From the IMG/VR virus record IMGVR_UViG_3300007177_000042: a DNA stretch of 64,000 nucleotides; one strand, written 5' to 3'. Positions 9,760-19,904 of this stretch are shown here, piece by piece. The notes beneath the pieces are model-generated. The model was not told the DNA's origin. It did not search any database and worked only from the letters and a program-made list of their open reading frames with translations. Each line of letters starts with the position of its first letter. Positions within the stretch are counted from its first letter, which is position 1. This DNA comes from a virus. Its lineage: Duplodnaviria; Caudoviricetes. A program made the position numbers and the translations under genes.

Positions 9760-12213
9760 ATGTCAATCAAAGCACCATTTGAGTTACAACCTATCAGCTT
9801 GTTCATACGAAAAGAACTTGAAAGACGAGAGGGTGATGTAGGTTTTAATTACATAAAAGCAGACCAAGCTGGATGGGATGCTGACGGAACATGGAATTCA
9901 TACAAAGGACCGCTTCGTGCATGGGTTCGTGTTTGTTCAAATGGCATTGGTGATCCAAAATATAGTGCTAAAGAAGGTTTTGTATTACACGGAGTAAATG
10001 GTTTTTACAAAGACTATGGATTTGATCCAATAACCAAAGCTCGTACTCAAACCGTTTTAGGCTTCACACCAAGTGGTGATGAACATAAAATTGACGGTGA
10101 GTATGCTAACTCTGGAACTGCAATAAACAAACACGTTCCTCCTCCGGGTATTGTAAGTATTGATGCTACGTTAAAAGGAAATCCACCGTCATCTTATAGA
10201 TCTGTCACAATTAAATGGAAATGTCATTCTAAAGACCATTTGAATTATCTAACTCCGTATTTTATGACTCCCGGCGTTAGTATGTTTATTGAATGGGGAT
10301 GGAATCATTTTAACCCAAGTTGTTTACTTGATCTAACAGATGTAGGATCGCCTTCTTTATACAATCTATCAACAGACGCTCCTGCTCGATCTAACGCAAA
10401 TGCAGAAGATCCACGCTCATTAGAGGGAAGCGGGTTGTTGGGAATATACACAGATCCTTGGAAACAGGAAGAACAAATTGAAAAGGGTAGAGCACTATAT
10501 GAGTTGACATGTGGGATCATAACATCTTTTGAATATACAATTGAGGCAGATGGATCCTATGATTGTACTACTGTAGTTAGTAGTAACACGTCTATTTACA
10601 GCGGAGCAGTAACAAAATCAACAGCACTCGCGTCTACATCGAAATCAGATAGTGGCGGAAACAAAAAACCAGAACCGGTACAAGACTTAAAAACATATAT
10701 CAACTATCAATTCAAAAATATTCCACGAGCAATATTGAATGGATTGGATCCAAAGTTGAAGTTATTTGACATCCAAGGATGGCCAGAACCAGAAACCAGA
10801 GTTTTTATTCCTAGAAACATTGATACAGGAAAAGACCCACGGTCAAAAATAGCCAGACCAACCGCGTATAGTTTTGACAAATCAGGAACAGACGATTTCT
10901 GGATATCATTTGGATTGTTTGTTGATATCATCAACAAGTTTACTAGACAAGAGTCAGTCAGAACAGGGGCTACATTCAATCAGATTGATATCAAATCATC
11001 ATGGATTGGTGGACACAAAAATATCATTTCGACTAATGGTAAAGTATTGTTAATACCAAATTCACAAGCGCCTAACATATCACCTGATGCTGAAGTTCGT
11101 GGTAGATCTCCAAATTATGCATATCCACCTGATAGCATTGATTCCAATCCTGCTAATCCAAAATCGGAAGCAGATAAGACTCTTGAATCGGTAATGAATG
11201 GTAATGTCAGACAAGATCTAAATGAGATTGTAAACTTTTTTAGACATCACACCGGACAAAAAACAAAAGCCGACACAGAATTTCCATCTAGCAAATACGA
11301 CTATTTCTTGGGCAAACTCGAAAATCTCTATATTCACAAAGATGTGGTTATTGATGCCGTTAATAAATCCGAAACTGTGGCTGATATATTGAATTTTGTT
11401 TTAAGCAAAATGAGCGAATGTGTGAAAGGATTTTGGAAATTTAATGTCATACAGTATGGTGGATCGAATTCTCTGTTGACAATCATTGATGTAGACGCAA
11501 TAAATGTTCAACGGATTAAAGAACTTAGTTCGGATCAAGCGCCATATTTGTATTCATTCAAACACAGATCGTCAAAAAACGTAATTCAAGCATTGAGTTT
11601 TACTGTTAAGTTAAGCGACAAAGTAGCCCAAACTGTATTACAAAATTATAAAAGTGATGATCGGGTGACGGTTCCTATCAAAAATCCGTTTGGGTTCAAT
11701 CCAACTGATCGATTATACAGAAAAACATCCGAAGACTCTTATTTGGTTCCTGCGGACCCAGAAACGTTGAAAAAGAAAGAACAGAATCCAGAACTTGAAC
11801 GACCCCGTGAAGACGGAAAACGTTCTGATTTGTTGAAAAAAGAAAAAGATAACAAATCAGAAGCATTTATATACGGTGAAACGTATGATGATGGATCTAC
11901 ATACATTAGAAAACTTGTATTGACGCAATTGGATTTGTTGACGTTGTTGGTAAATGACAAAGATCCAAGAAATGCGTCTGTAAACAGTGTTTTGCAACCG
12001 GGCATTAAAGCAGAAATAACATTACTTGGTATAGCAGGGTTCAAAACACAACAAATTTTTGCCATCGACAATTTACCTACACCGTATGATAAAGACATTT
12101 TGTTTCAAGTCATTGACGTGAAACACACTCTTCAAAATGGAAATTGGACAACAACAATCACAGCCGGATTACGTCCAATTAAAGATCTAAACACATCAGC
12201 ACCAACGTCATGA
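9760..12213 (+). CDS. Baseplate hub-like structural protein
   Basis: 817 aa; MFIEWGWNHF, C-terminal EITLLGIAGFK...FQVIDVKHTL...WTTTITA typical of hub proteins; synteny. Confidence 0.6.
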   Translation: MSIKAPFELQPISLFIRKELERREGDVGFNYIKADQAGWDADGTWNSYKGPLRAWVRVCSNGIGDPKYSAKEGFVLHGVNGFYKDYGFDPITKARTQTVLGFTPSGDEHKIDGEYANSGTAINKHVPPPGIVSIDATLKGNPPSSYRSVTIKWKCHSKDHLNYLTPYFMTPGVSMFIEWGWNHFNPSCLLDLTDVGSPSLYNLSTDAPARSNANAEDPRSLEGSGLLGIYTDPWKQEEQIEKGRALYELTCGIITSFEYTIEADGSYDCTTVVSSNTSIYSGAVTKSTALASTSKSDSGGNKKPEPVQDLKTYINYQFKNIPRAILNGLDPKLKLFDIQGWPEPETRVFIPRNIDTGKDPRSKIARPTAYSFDKSGTDDFWISFGLFVDIINKFTRQESVRTGATFNQIDIKSSWIGGHKNIISTNGKVLLIPNSQAPNISPDAEVRGRSPNYAYPPDSIDSNPANPKSEADKTLESVMNGNVRQDLNEIVNFFRHHTGQKTKADTEFPSSKYDYFLGKLENLYIHKDVVIDAVNKSETVADILNFVLSKMSECVKGFWKFNVIQYGGSNSLLTIIDVDAINVQRIKELSSDQAPYLYSFKHRSSKNVIQALSFTVKLSDKVAQTVLQNYKSDDRVTVPIKNPFGFNPTDRLYRKTSEDSYLVPADPETLKKKEQNPELERPREDGKRSDLLKKEKDNKSEAFIYGETYDDGSTYIRKLVLTQLDLLTLLVNDKDPRNASVNSVLQPGIKAEITLLGIAGFKTQQIFAIDNLPTPYDKDILFQVIDVKHTLQNGNWTTTITAGLRPIKDLNTSAPTS

Positions 12214-12563
12214 CGAATTTAGAAAAATATACAAAACTTGTAAAAAACCCTACACCAACGGAGTTTCCAAAATCATATTTTTTCAATCCGTCCGGTGATG
12301 ATTTTACGGTTCCTTTTGTTCGTAGATATTTTGTCAAAAAAATAAACGGACAAGACATAATTGAAGTTGATGGCGATAACTTCAAAACTATATCGCCTAC
12401 AATTTATCTACTGACATCGATAAAGTGGAAATTGTCCGGACAACCCGATTCGGTATACGAAAACGGTGTGTTAAAAACAGAAGGATACGTTGACTTCAAT
12501 AAAAGACAGGTAAAAGATGCAGAGAAAACATTGCCAGGTATTTCATCGGTCATCAAGTTTTGA
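12210..12563 (+). CDS. Hypothetical baseplate-module protein
   Basis: 117 aa, ATGA overlap with the upstream gene, RRYFVKK...IKWKLSG. Confidence 0.55.
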   Translation: MTNLEKYTKLVKNPTPTEFPKSYFFNPSGDDFTVPFVRRYFVKKINGQDIIEVDGDNFKTISPTIYLLTSIKWKLSGQPDSVYENGVLKTEGYVDFNKRQVKDAEKTLPGISSVIKF

Positions 12564-12574
12564 GATATATAAAG

Positions 12575-12603
12575 TTGACTCTTTGACACTTTGGTATCAT
12601 CAT
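12575..12603 (+). promoter_or_regulatory. Sigma70-type promoter TTGACT-N17-CATCAT, probably leaderless
   Basis: 17-nt spacer; ATG 12611 lies 7 nt after the -10 box. Confidence 0.5.
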
Positions 12604-12610
12604 TAATACG

Positions 12611-13954
12611 ATGAGTCCCTTTTTGTCAGAAATATTATCCAGAATAGGGTTACACGATATTATCATTGATGTTATCCCCTTGTCGGATGTTTACCATCCA
12701 ACAACAGTACCACCGGCCATGGTACTTGTTAAGTGTGTTGGAATGAATAGTTGCGTGGTAATACCAATTGATTGTTATGACACAAGCATTCGTATTAGCA
12801 AATCCGAAGTAGAATTGTTTTTCCGACAAATTCGTGGAAAAATTTATTGTTTCTCTAAGAAGAAAATTCTTCATCAACTTCAAATCAACAACCTATATGA
12901 TTTGTCGTTGAAAATGTTTTTGAAATCCGGCGAAATAATCGATGAATCCGAATACGATACATCGTGCCATACATTTTTCAAAAATCAATACGGATTGCAC
13001 AAAGAAATCAACAAAATCATTCCTCATACGTCTCATTTGTCTAAATTTTTAGACATCTGTAAAGATATTGAACCCGGTATCAAGTATGATACCGAAGATT
13101 CTTATATCCGCATCAACAATGATGTGTTAGAGACATTTCAAAAGATTGAATCAAATGGTCTTGCTGTAGACATCGAAGAGTTTTCTTTGCATTTCAATGA
13201 TAAGACCTATTTGGTTCATAATAATCTGGTATATACCGAGTACAATGTTCTAACTTCGACCGGTCGTCCTAGTAACAGATTTGGCAGCATCAACTATTCG
13301 GCCCTAAACAAAGAAAACGGTTGCCGAAAGAGCTTTGTGTCCAGATATGGAGCGGACGGATTATTAATGATGTTGGATTATAGTGCATATCATCCGCATA
13401 TCATCGCCAGACTTATAAATTACAATTTCCCACCGGGAACAAACGTATATCACTATCTTGGCAAATATTACTTTGGATCCGAAGATCTTTCCGAAGATCA
13501 AGAGAAAATGTCTAAGACATTGACATTTCAACAGTTATATGGGTCGATTTCTGAAGAATACTTGGAAATTCCGTATTTTGCGAAGATCCGTGAGTATATG
13601 AATCATAGGTGGAAATATTTCGATGAATACGGTTATGTTGAAACACCAATATTCAAACGAATGATTTCGCCAAGTCACATCAAAGATGCTTCACCGAGCA
13701 AATTGTTCAACTATATTCTACAGGCATCGGAAACCGAATATTCGGTCGAGATATTGATGGAGTTGAACAAGTTTCTAGAAAACAGACTCACTAAATGTGT
13801 ATTATATACATACGATTCGGTTCTTTTTGATGTACATAAAGACGACGGAAAACAGATGATCTTGGAAATTAAGAAATTGATGGAGTCCACTGGATTTCTA
13901 ACAAAATGTTACATCGGGAAGAATTATAATAACATGCAGCGATTGACGATTTGA
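12611..13954 (+). CDS. Short family A DNA polymerase (Pol I-like palm, no 5'-3' nuclease domain)
   Basis: TSTGRPSN, motif A LDYSAYHP, motif B KTLTFQQLYG, FNYILQASETE, motif C YTYDSVLFD. Confidence 0.8.
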   Translation: MSPFLSEILSRIGLHDIIIDVIPLSDVYHPTTVPPAMVLVKCVGMNSCVVIPIDCYDTSIRISKSEVELFFRQIRGKIYCFSKKKILHQLQINNLYDLSLKMFLKSGEIIDESEYDTSCHTFFKNQYGLHKEINKIIPHTSHLSKFLDICKDIEPGIKYDTEDSYIRINNDVLETFQKIESNGLAVDIEEFSLHFNDKTYLVHNNLVYTEYNVLTSTGRPSNRFGSINYSALNKENGCRKSFVSRYGADGLLMMLDYSAYHPHIIARLINYNFPPGTNVYHYLGKYYFGSEDLSEDQEKMSKTLTFQQLYGSISEEYLEIPYFAKIREYMNHRWKYFDEYGYVETPIFKRMISPSHIKDASPSKLFNYILQASETEYSVEILMELNKFLENRLTKCVLYTYDSVLFDVHKDDGKQMILEIKKLMESTGFLTKCYIGKNYNNMQRLTI

Positions 13955-14005
13955 AAAACTACAGTTTTCACAAGACACACGATATTTATAAGATATTGTG
14001 TTGTC

Positions 14006-15631
14006 ATGAATCGAGAAAATATCATAAAATCAATTTTGTTGGAGTATTCACTGTTATCACCGAACGGTGGTGCTGATAGAGTCGATGTAGATCTTCTATT
14101 ACAAGCGATTGATAATCTTGGATACCAAGAATATTTTTCTCTTGATGTATTGTCTGAATCTGCTGAGGTAATCAACAAAATGGTTCCTCATTTGCCGGAG
14201 TCAGAGAAAAAGGAAAAGTCACCCAAGTATCTTAACAGCGAAGAAATTTCTATTATCTACAACATATTGGGCGGCAATACCGCTCGTAGAAATTTCACCG
14301 ATGAAGAATTAAAATCCGTTGATCTCAATAAGATTGATTTACCTACGGAATTTTCAACTGCAAATGAACCTATCGAACCATCGTCGTACAGTGTGATGGT
14401 AGCCAAGTTAAACGCATCAGAAAATAGCTTCAAGATCACTTATTCAGAAACAAAACTTAGAATCGTAGGCGGTGACGGAAAAAGCTTGTCGGTCATCAAT
14501 ATACCAAAAGGTCTTAGTATCTACGATACACGAACGGGTCTTCCGACCACGTATTTCAAACAACTGCTTTTGTGGACAAAGTTTTATAAAGAACACAAGT
14601 CAAAAATCAAAATCGAAGAAGCAGCTGATCCAAACGAAAAAACAAAAATCAGCGCAACCAGTCTCAAAGATTATTTTGACAAAAATAATCCTGACAAAAT
14701 TTCATTTAATCTGTTTGTAAAAAACGTATCTGAAGTTTTTAATGCGAAAGTCAAAGTAGATGGTGCTGAATATATTGCGGGTGTCAAAAAAGCCGACATC
14801 GCGCTGACAGATCGATCAAAGCAAAACTTTTGGATTTCATTTAAAGCATCCGATTATTTTACGGCCGAAGGTTCACAAGTGTTGGCGAAAGTAGGATTGC
14901 GACACTACGGAATGGTAAATTCATTGTCGGATCAGTTGTCTAATAACCCAACATGGAAATCTTTGGAAACCAAGTTGTTGACGGGATTGAGAAAAAATAT
15001 CACTGGTATAGAGATTGATGCAACGAAAACAACGTTTGATCAAAAAACCGGACGATTATCAGTTTTAAATGGAAAGCCTCTTGACCAATATGGATTTACA
15101 GACGAACAAATTTCCACCTTGATACATTTCAATAAAGCTATTCAAAGAATGGTAACCAACACAGGTGTCAAAAAACGATATCTCTATTTTAGCAGACCAT
15201 TTTCTGGATATCTGGAATTTCTTGACACAAACAGCACATCCGAGATGAAAGAGATTGCTGGAAAATCAATTTATGGAGTGGACTTCAAATTGGATGGATC
15301 TGCTCCATTTGGTCCTGAGAATTGTAGTGTGGTTATGTTCTCTGGAACCCAACTGATGATGGAAAAACATGTAACCGATACGCCAGACCCAGCATTATTG
15401 ATACGCACAGATGGTAAAGGAAATGTCTATCCTAATCCGTATTTGCCTTTGCCAAAGGGTGAGGGAGATCCGATTTTAAGATATCTTCCTACATTTCAAA
15501 TTGTAACTAAGTCTATCAATGATAAACATGATTTTTATATTGGAGACGAACAACATTTGTTTTTGAACCTTCGTATTGTTATAACCGCAAAAGCAAAAGT
15601 GCCAGCTGACGCTGTAGACATGGGAAAGTAA
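14006..15631 (+). CDS. Hypothetical protein with possible PD-(D/E)xK-like core
   Basis: 541 aa; KADIALTD...FWISFKAS resembles a nuclease core; TATTTATA at 13983-13990. Confidence 0.5.
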   Translation: MNRENIIKSILLEYSLLSPNGGADRVDVDLLLQAIDNLGYQEYFSLDVLSESAEVINKMVPHLPESEKKEKSPKYLNSEEISIIYNILGGNTARRNFTDEELKSVDLNKIDLPTEFSTANEPIEPSSYSVMVAKLNASENSFKITYSETKLRIVGGDGKSLSVINIPKGLSIYDTRTGLPTTYFKQLLLWTKFYKEHKSKIKIEEAADPNEKTKISATSLKDYFDKNNPDKISFNLFVKNVSEVFNAKVKVDGAEYIAGVKKADIALTDRSKQNFWISFKASDYFTAEGSQVLAKVGLRHYGMVNSLSDQLSNNPTWKSLETKLLTGLRKNITGIEIDATKTTFDQKTGRLSVLNGKPLDQYGFTDEQISTLIHFNKAIQRMVTNTGVKKRYLYFSRPFSGYLEFLDTNSTSEMKEIAGKSIYGVDFKLDGSAPFGPENCSVVMFSGTQLMMEKHVTDTPDPALLIRTDGKGNVYPNPYLPLPKGEGDPILRYLPTFQIVTKSINDKHDFYIGDEQHLFLNLRIVITAKAKVPADAVDMGK

Positions 15632-15641
15632 CTTTAATACA

Positions 15642-16325
15642 ATGAATACTATTTACAAAAACGTATCTGAATTGTTGTCAGATTTGTGTTTGGACGAAAG
15701 AGTCCAAGACGGAATTTTTGACATGTTCAACAATGAACATTTGCAGGTTCTTCGTGAAAAACTAGAAAGTATTGGAATTTCTAAGCAAGAAGCAGTCGAA
15801 ATGTCCAACAAGGTAATTGAAGGAAAATATCCAGAGCGACAGGCATACAATCGTAACGGCATATTAGTCACATTTCCAAATCCACAATATAAAGCTGCTG
15901 CAATAAAAAGAGGTACACATTTTGAAGAAGATCCTACAAAGGGACAATCAAATATTGATTTTTCATCAGAACCAACACCATCCCAACCAGTTGCAGAACC
16001 GGCTCCACAAGTAGAACCAGCTGCACAACCTACATCTGCTGTGCCACAATCAGGGCCACCTTCTGCTCCAACTACACCTTCGGTGCCACAACCTGCTTCA
16101 CAGCCGGAACTTGATGATTTGAAATCTAGACCAGCAGATCAAATCAAAAAAGATGCTGAAGATGTACAAAAAATTTTGACGACTGAATTTACTTTAGATG
16201 AAGCAAAAAACAACGGATGGATTCGGTCCAAATCATCATCTTGGTATGATAACGAAGGCAATTTTAAAGGTTATGAGTGGTACTGCATCGATAGTAAACA
16301 GAAGAAAATATTATCCACAAGATGA
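15642..16325 (+). CDS. Hypothetical protein with Pro/Ala/Gln/Ser-rich linker
   Basis: 227 aa ORF, low-complexity EPAPQVEPAAQPTS... segment. Confidence 0.6.
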   Translation: MNTIYKNVSELLSDLCLDERVQDGIFDMFNNEHLQVLREKLESIGISKQEAVEMSNKVIEGKYPERQAYNRNGILVTFPNPQYKAAAIKRGTHFEEDPTKGQSNIDFSSEPTPSQPVAEPAPQVEPAAQPTSAVPQSGPPSAPTTPSVPQPASQPELDDLKSRPADQIKKDAEDVQKILTTEFTLDEAKNNGWIRSKSSSWYDNEGNFKGYEWYCIDSKQKKILSTR

Positions 16326-16708
16326 AAGATTCTCAATTACTTTGTACCTTTTCTACACAAGGTGATTACAAATCCCTTGTTGCTTTGATTAAGGAATCAT
16401 ACTCGCTTTCTAACAACAAAATTTTCATTTTCTCAAATGAAAAAAACCAAAACGAGATGTTTCTTACGTATAATATTTGGATTAGTGGGGCCAGAAAACT
16501 GAGCAATACTATATCGATTCATAGAAAAAAACAGACAAACACTTTATATACTCTAAACGCCATGAACCGACTAATTGCCGAAGAAAATGGCGGAGTGTTT
16601 GATAAGGCATTTCAATTAAATTGGGAGCTATATAAGAACTCATTGATTATAACAAATGAGATATCGATTAAGATAATTCCGCTCACAATTTTCACTATAA
16701 TAAGTTGA
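16322..16708 (+). CDS. Hypothetical protein
   Basis: 128 aa, ATGA overlap; LLCTF...TISIHRKKQTNTLYTLNAMN. Confidence 0.6.
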   Translation: MKDSQLLCTFSTQGDYKSLVALIKESYSLSNNKIFIFSNEKNQNEMFLTYNIWISGARKLSNTISIHRKKQTNTLYTLNAMNRLIAEENGGVFDKAFQLNWELYKNSLIITNEISIKIIPLTIFTIIS

Positions 16709-16733
16709 CGCTTTCATACTCTCATACTATAGT
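16705..16733 (+). promoter_or_regulatory. Sigma70-type promoter TTGACG-N17-TATAGT for the SSB gene
   Basis: Near-consensus hexamers, 17-nt spacing. Confidence 0.8.
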
Positions 16734-16818
16734 TATGGGAGTAATGAGTTACACAGTCCCTTCTGAGTAGATGGGATATTAAACTAATTACTAATTAACA
16801 ATTAATGAATGAAAAATT

Positions 16819-17676
16819 ATGGCAGTAGATCTATCAAAACTTAAAAATCGTTTGTCATCCCTGACAAGCAAAAACAATCAAACTCAGTTGCTTTGGAAGC
16901 CCAAAGCTGGTGAGCAAGTTATTCGAATCGTTCCCTACAAGTACCAACCTGATAATCCTTTTATCGAACTGAAGTTCCATTACGGAATTGGTGGTAAGGA
17001 CTCTGGTGGTAATCAAGTTAACAAGACCTATCTTTCGCCTGACACGTTTCATCGTCCCGATCCAATTGTCGAGTTTAGTAATAGACTCAAGAAGAACGGA
17101 TCTAAGGAAGATTGGCGTAGAGGTAAGGATATGGAGCCAAAGATGCGTACCTTTGTTCCCGTCATCGTCCGTGGTGAAGAGGAGCTTGGAGTCCGTTTTT
17201 GGGGATTCGGTAAGCAAGTGTATCAGGACATTCTGTCGTTCATGGCAGATCCCGATTACGGTGATATTACCGACTTGCTCAATGGTAAGGACGTGACTGT
17301 TATTTTCACGACCGCTGAGAAGTCTGGAAAGAACTTCCCAGAGACTACAATTCGTGTCAAACCAAAGACCACTCCTGCTGTGGATCCAACCAACTCAGCT
17401 CTGGTCGAGGCATTGAAGAATCAAGTCAATATTCTTGATTTGTTCCCAGAGCCAACCTACGACGAACTCAAGAACGCAATGAACGCGTGGTTGAATCCGG
17501 GTGACGAGCCGGCAGTCGATGTTCAGGAACAGTCTCAACCAGAGGTTGTTACGGCACCAACTCCAACGGTTAGTGCGCCTACGCCAAAGGCTACGTCAAA
17601 GTCTCCATCAGCAACTGCTTCACAGGCAAATACTGATGATCTGACAAAGGCTTTTGATAATTTGTTCAATAGCTAA
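16819..17676 (+). CDS. Single-stranded DNA-binding protein (T4 gp32-like)
   Basis: LWKPKAGEQVIRIVPY, FVPVIVRGEEELGVRFWGFGK, DYGDITD, low-complexity tail ending FDNLFNS. Confidence 0.88.
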   Translation: MAVDLSKLKNRLSSLTSKNNQTQLLWKPKAGEQVIRIVPYKYQPDNPFIELKFHYGIGGKDSGGNQVNKTYLSPDTFHRPDPIVEFSNRLKKNGSKEDWRRGKDMEPKMRTFVPVIVRGEEELGVRFWGFGKQVYQDILSFMADPDYGDITDLLNGKDVTVIFTTAEKSGKNFPETTIRVKPKTTPAVDPTNSALVEALKNQVNILDLFPEPTYDELKNAMNAWLNPGDEPAVDVQEQSQPEVVTAPTPTVSAPTPKATSKSPSATASQANTDDLTKAFDNLFNS

Positions 17677-17689
17677 TCACACTATGTAT

Positions 17690-17726
17690 GAGAGATGGTG
17701 TACACAGGTGCACCATCTCTCTTTTT
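17690..17726 (+). terminator. Intrinsic terminator between SSB and recA
   Basis: GAGAGATGGTGTAC-ACAG-GTGCACCATCTCTC, 14-bp stem with one G:U, followed by TTTTT. Confidence 0.85.
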
Positions 17727-17738
17727 ATTTCAAATGTT

Positions 17739-18938
17739 ATGTCAGAATCAAAAGATACACCAAAAAAGAAAAAACTGTCTACGCATGTAACCCATGAAGT
17801 AGATACAAAGAGAGATGAACTTACCGAATCCTTGGCAGATATGCTTAACAAAGCAAATAAGGACGGTGGAAAAAGCGCATTTTTCTTGGATGACAAAGAA
17901 GATCCATCTGTAATTACGGACTGGATCAGCACAGGATCGGATTTGCTCGATCTTGCTATATCAAATCGACCACATGGTGGAATTCCCGTTGGACGAATTA
18001 CTGAAATCACCGGATTGGAAGCATCTGGTAAGAGTTTGCTTTCGGCACATTTGCTTGCTGAGACTCAAAAGAAGGGCGGCGTTGCTGTGTTTATCGACAC
18101 AGAACAGTCTGTTTCTGATGATTTCTTGACAGCAATCGGTGTCAATACAAAGCAAATGTTGTATATCGCATCACAAACAGTAGAGGATATTTTCGAGAAG
18201 ATCGAAAACATTATTGCTCACGTTCGTAAGTCGAACAAAGATCGATTGGTCACAATCGTTGTTGACAGTGTTGCGGCTGCTTCTACAAAAGCAGAATTGG
18301 AAGCTGATCATGGTAAAGACGGTTTCGCAACCGGCAAAGCCATCATCATTTCTAAGGCTATGAGAAAGATTAACGACATGATTGGTAAACAACGTATTGC
18401 GTTGATTTTTACCAATCAGTTGCGAGTCAATCTTCAAGCTGCTATGTTTGGTGACAAGTATATCACAAGTGGTGGTAAAGCATTGCAGTTTCATGCTAGC
18501 GTTCGTCTTCGATTGAAGGGAATGGGTGCATTGAAAGTTACACAAAATGGAGAACCAGTTCATATTGGTGTCAAGACCCGCGCTGTGGTTGTCAAAAATC
18601 GTCTCGGACCTCCTATGAGACATGCAGACTTCAGTATCTACTACGATAGTGGAATCGACAATTATGGAAACTGGCTTGAAGTGTTGAAGAAAACTTCTTT
18701 GATTACCGGTGCCAAGAGTCCTTACAATTATACGAAGAATGACGGATCTGTTATCAAACTTGATGCAAAGACCTTTGCTAAAGACATGAAGGCAGATGCT
18801 GAACTTCGTGAAGAGTTGTATTTGAAGATCGTTGATGCATCTATTATGAGATATAAGTCTCAGGATAGTGAAATTCGTGAAGACGTTGAACTTGACGATT
18901 CAGACGACGACGGTGATACTAGTGGCGGAGAAGAATAA
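17739..18938 (+). CDS. recA: RecA/UvsX recombinase (start re-assigned to ATG 17739, MSESKD)
   Basis: GRITEITGLEASGKS Walker A, IVVDSVAA Walker B, FTNQLR, TSGGKALQFHASVRL, VVKNRLGPP; the longer ORF start overlaps the terminator. Confidence 0.95.
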   Translation: MSESKDTPKKKKLSTHVTHEVDTKRDELTESLADMLNKANKDGGKSAFFLDDKEDPSVITDWISTGSDLLDLAISNRPHGGIPVGRITEITGLEASGKSLLSAHLLAETQKKGGVAVFIDTEQSVSDDFLTAIGVNTKQMLYIASQTVEDIFEKIENIIAHVRKSNKDRLVTIVVDSVAAASTKAELEADHGKDGFATGKAIIISKAMRKINDMIGKQRIALIFTNQLRVNLQAAMFGDKYITSGGKALQFHASVRLRLKGMGALKVTQNGEPVHIGVKTRAVVVKNRLGPPMRHADFSIYYDSGIDNYGNWLEVLKKTSLITGAKSPYNYTKNDGSVIKLDAKTFAKDMKADAELREELYLKIVDASIMRYKSQDSEIREDVELDDSDDDGDTSGGEE

Positions 18939-18983
18939 ATAAGTTACACAGGTGTTTTTCCGCTTTACCTTATATTTATTAAT

Positions 18984-19904
18984 ATGAATAAAGCGGAAAA
19001 CACTGATTTAGATACATTAGCAGATGACGTTTATAACGAGTTCATCAGAAACGAAAGTTATTGTGGACTCAATTCAATATTTAAAGACAAAAAGATTGGA
19101 AGTAAAACTGCATTAAAAATAAGAAAAATTATTTACAACAAATATGGTGAAAAACCAATGAAGTCTATTTCGGTTCATCGTACTGCTAAACACGCTCATA
19201 AAAATAGAACTAAAGAAAGTTACAATATACCATCGAATCGTCGTAAAAAAATGATTGAAGGTATGAAAAAGTATTGGGAAGGTAACGACGCCGCTAAACA
19301 AAAATCAAGAGAATCGATGATTAAACACTGTCTTCCTAAGAGTCAGTCTCCAAGTACAAAATTAAAAAGACGTGAAAGTCGGAGAGGATACCGACATAGT
19401 GAAGATACTAAACTAAAAATAAAAAATTCCATGAAAGGAAAACCATTAAGTGTTGAACATCGATTAAAGTTACGAAAGAAAAAATCAAAAACACGTCAAA
19501 ACTTTAAACACACAATCGATACTAAACAATTGTTATCAAAGTTGACTAAAAAACAATGGGAAGATGGAATACACAAACCGGTTTTCAAATCAAAAGGACA
19601 TGCTGAAATACTAGATATCATTCTAAAATTAGGTTATAATGTAGAAGAGGAATACTTAATTGAAGGTCGTCCATATGATATTCATGTTCCACAAAAAAAT
19701 TTATTGATTGAATTTAACGGTACTTATTGGCATAGAGATCCGAGATTTTATAATAAAGAAGATTCTCAATTAATATGGAATAAAGATAAGTCGAAAGTTG
19801 ACATTGCATTAAAAAATGGATATCGTATTGAAACGATATGGCAATACGATTGGGAAATCACAGAAGAAAAAATACAACTAATAAATAAAATACTAAATGG
19901 ATAA
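18984..19904 (+). mobile_element. Free-standing homing endonuclease-like gene (NUMOD3-like repeats plus Vsr/DUF559-like nuclease domain)
   Basis: HSEDTKLKIKNSMKG, LSVEHRLKL, HTIDTKQLLS repeats; C-terminal PYDIHVP..LLIEFNGTYWH...IETIWQYD; very AT/Lys-rich. Confidence 0.75.
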
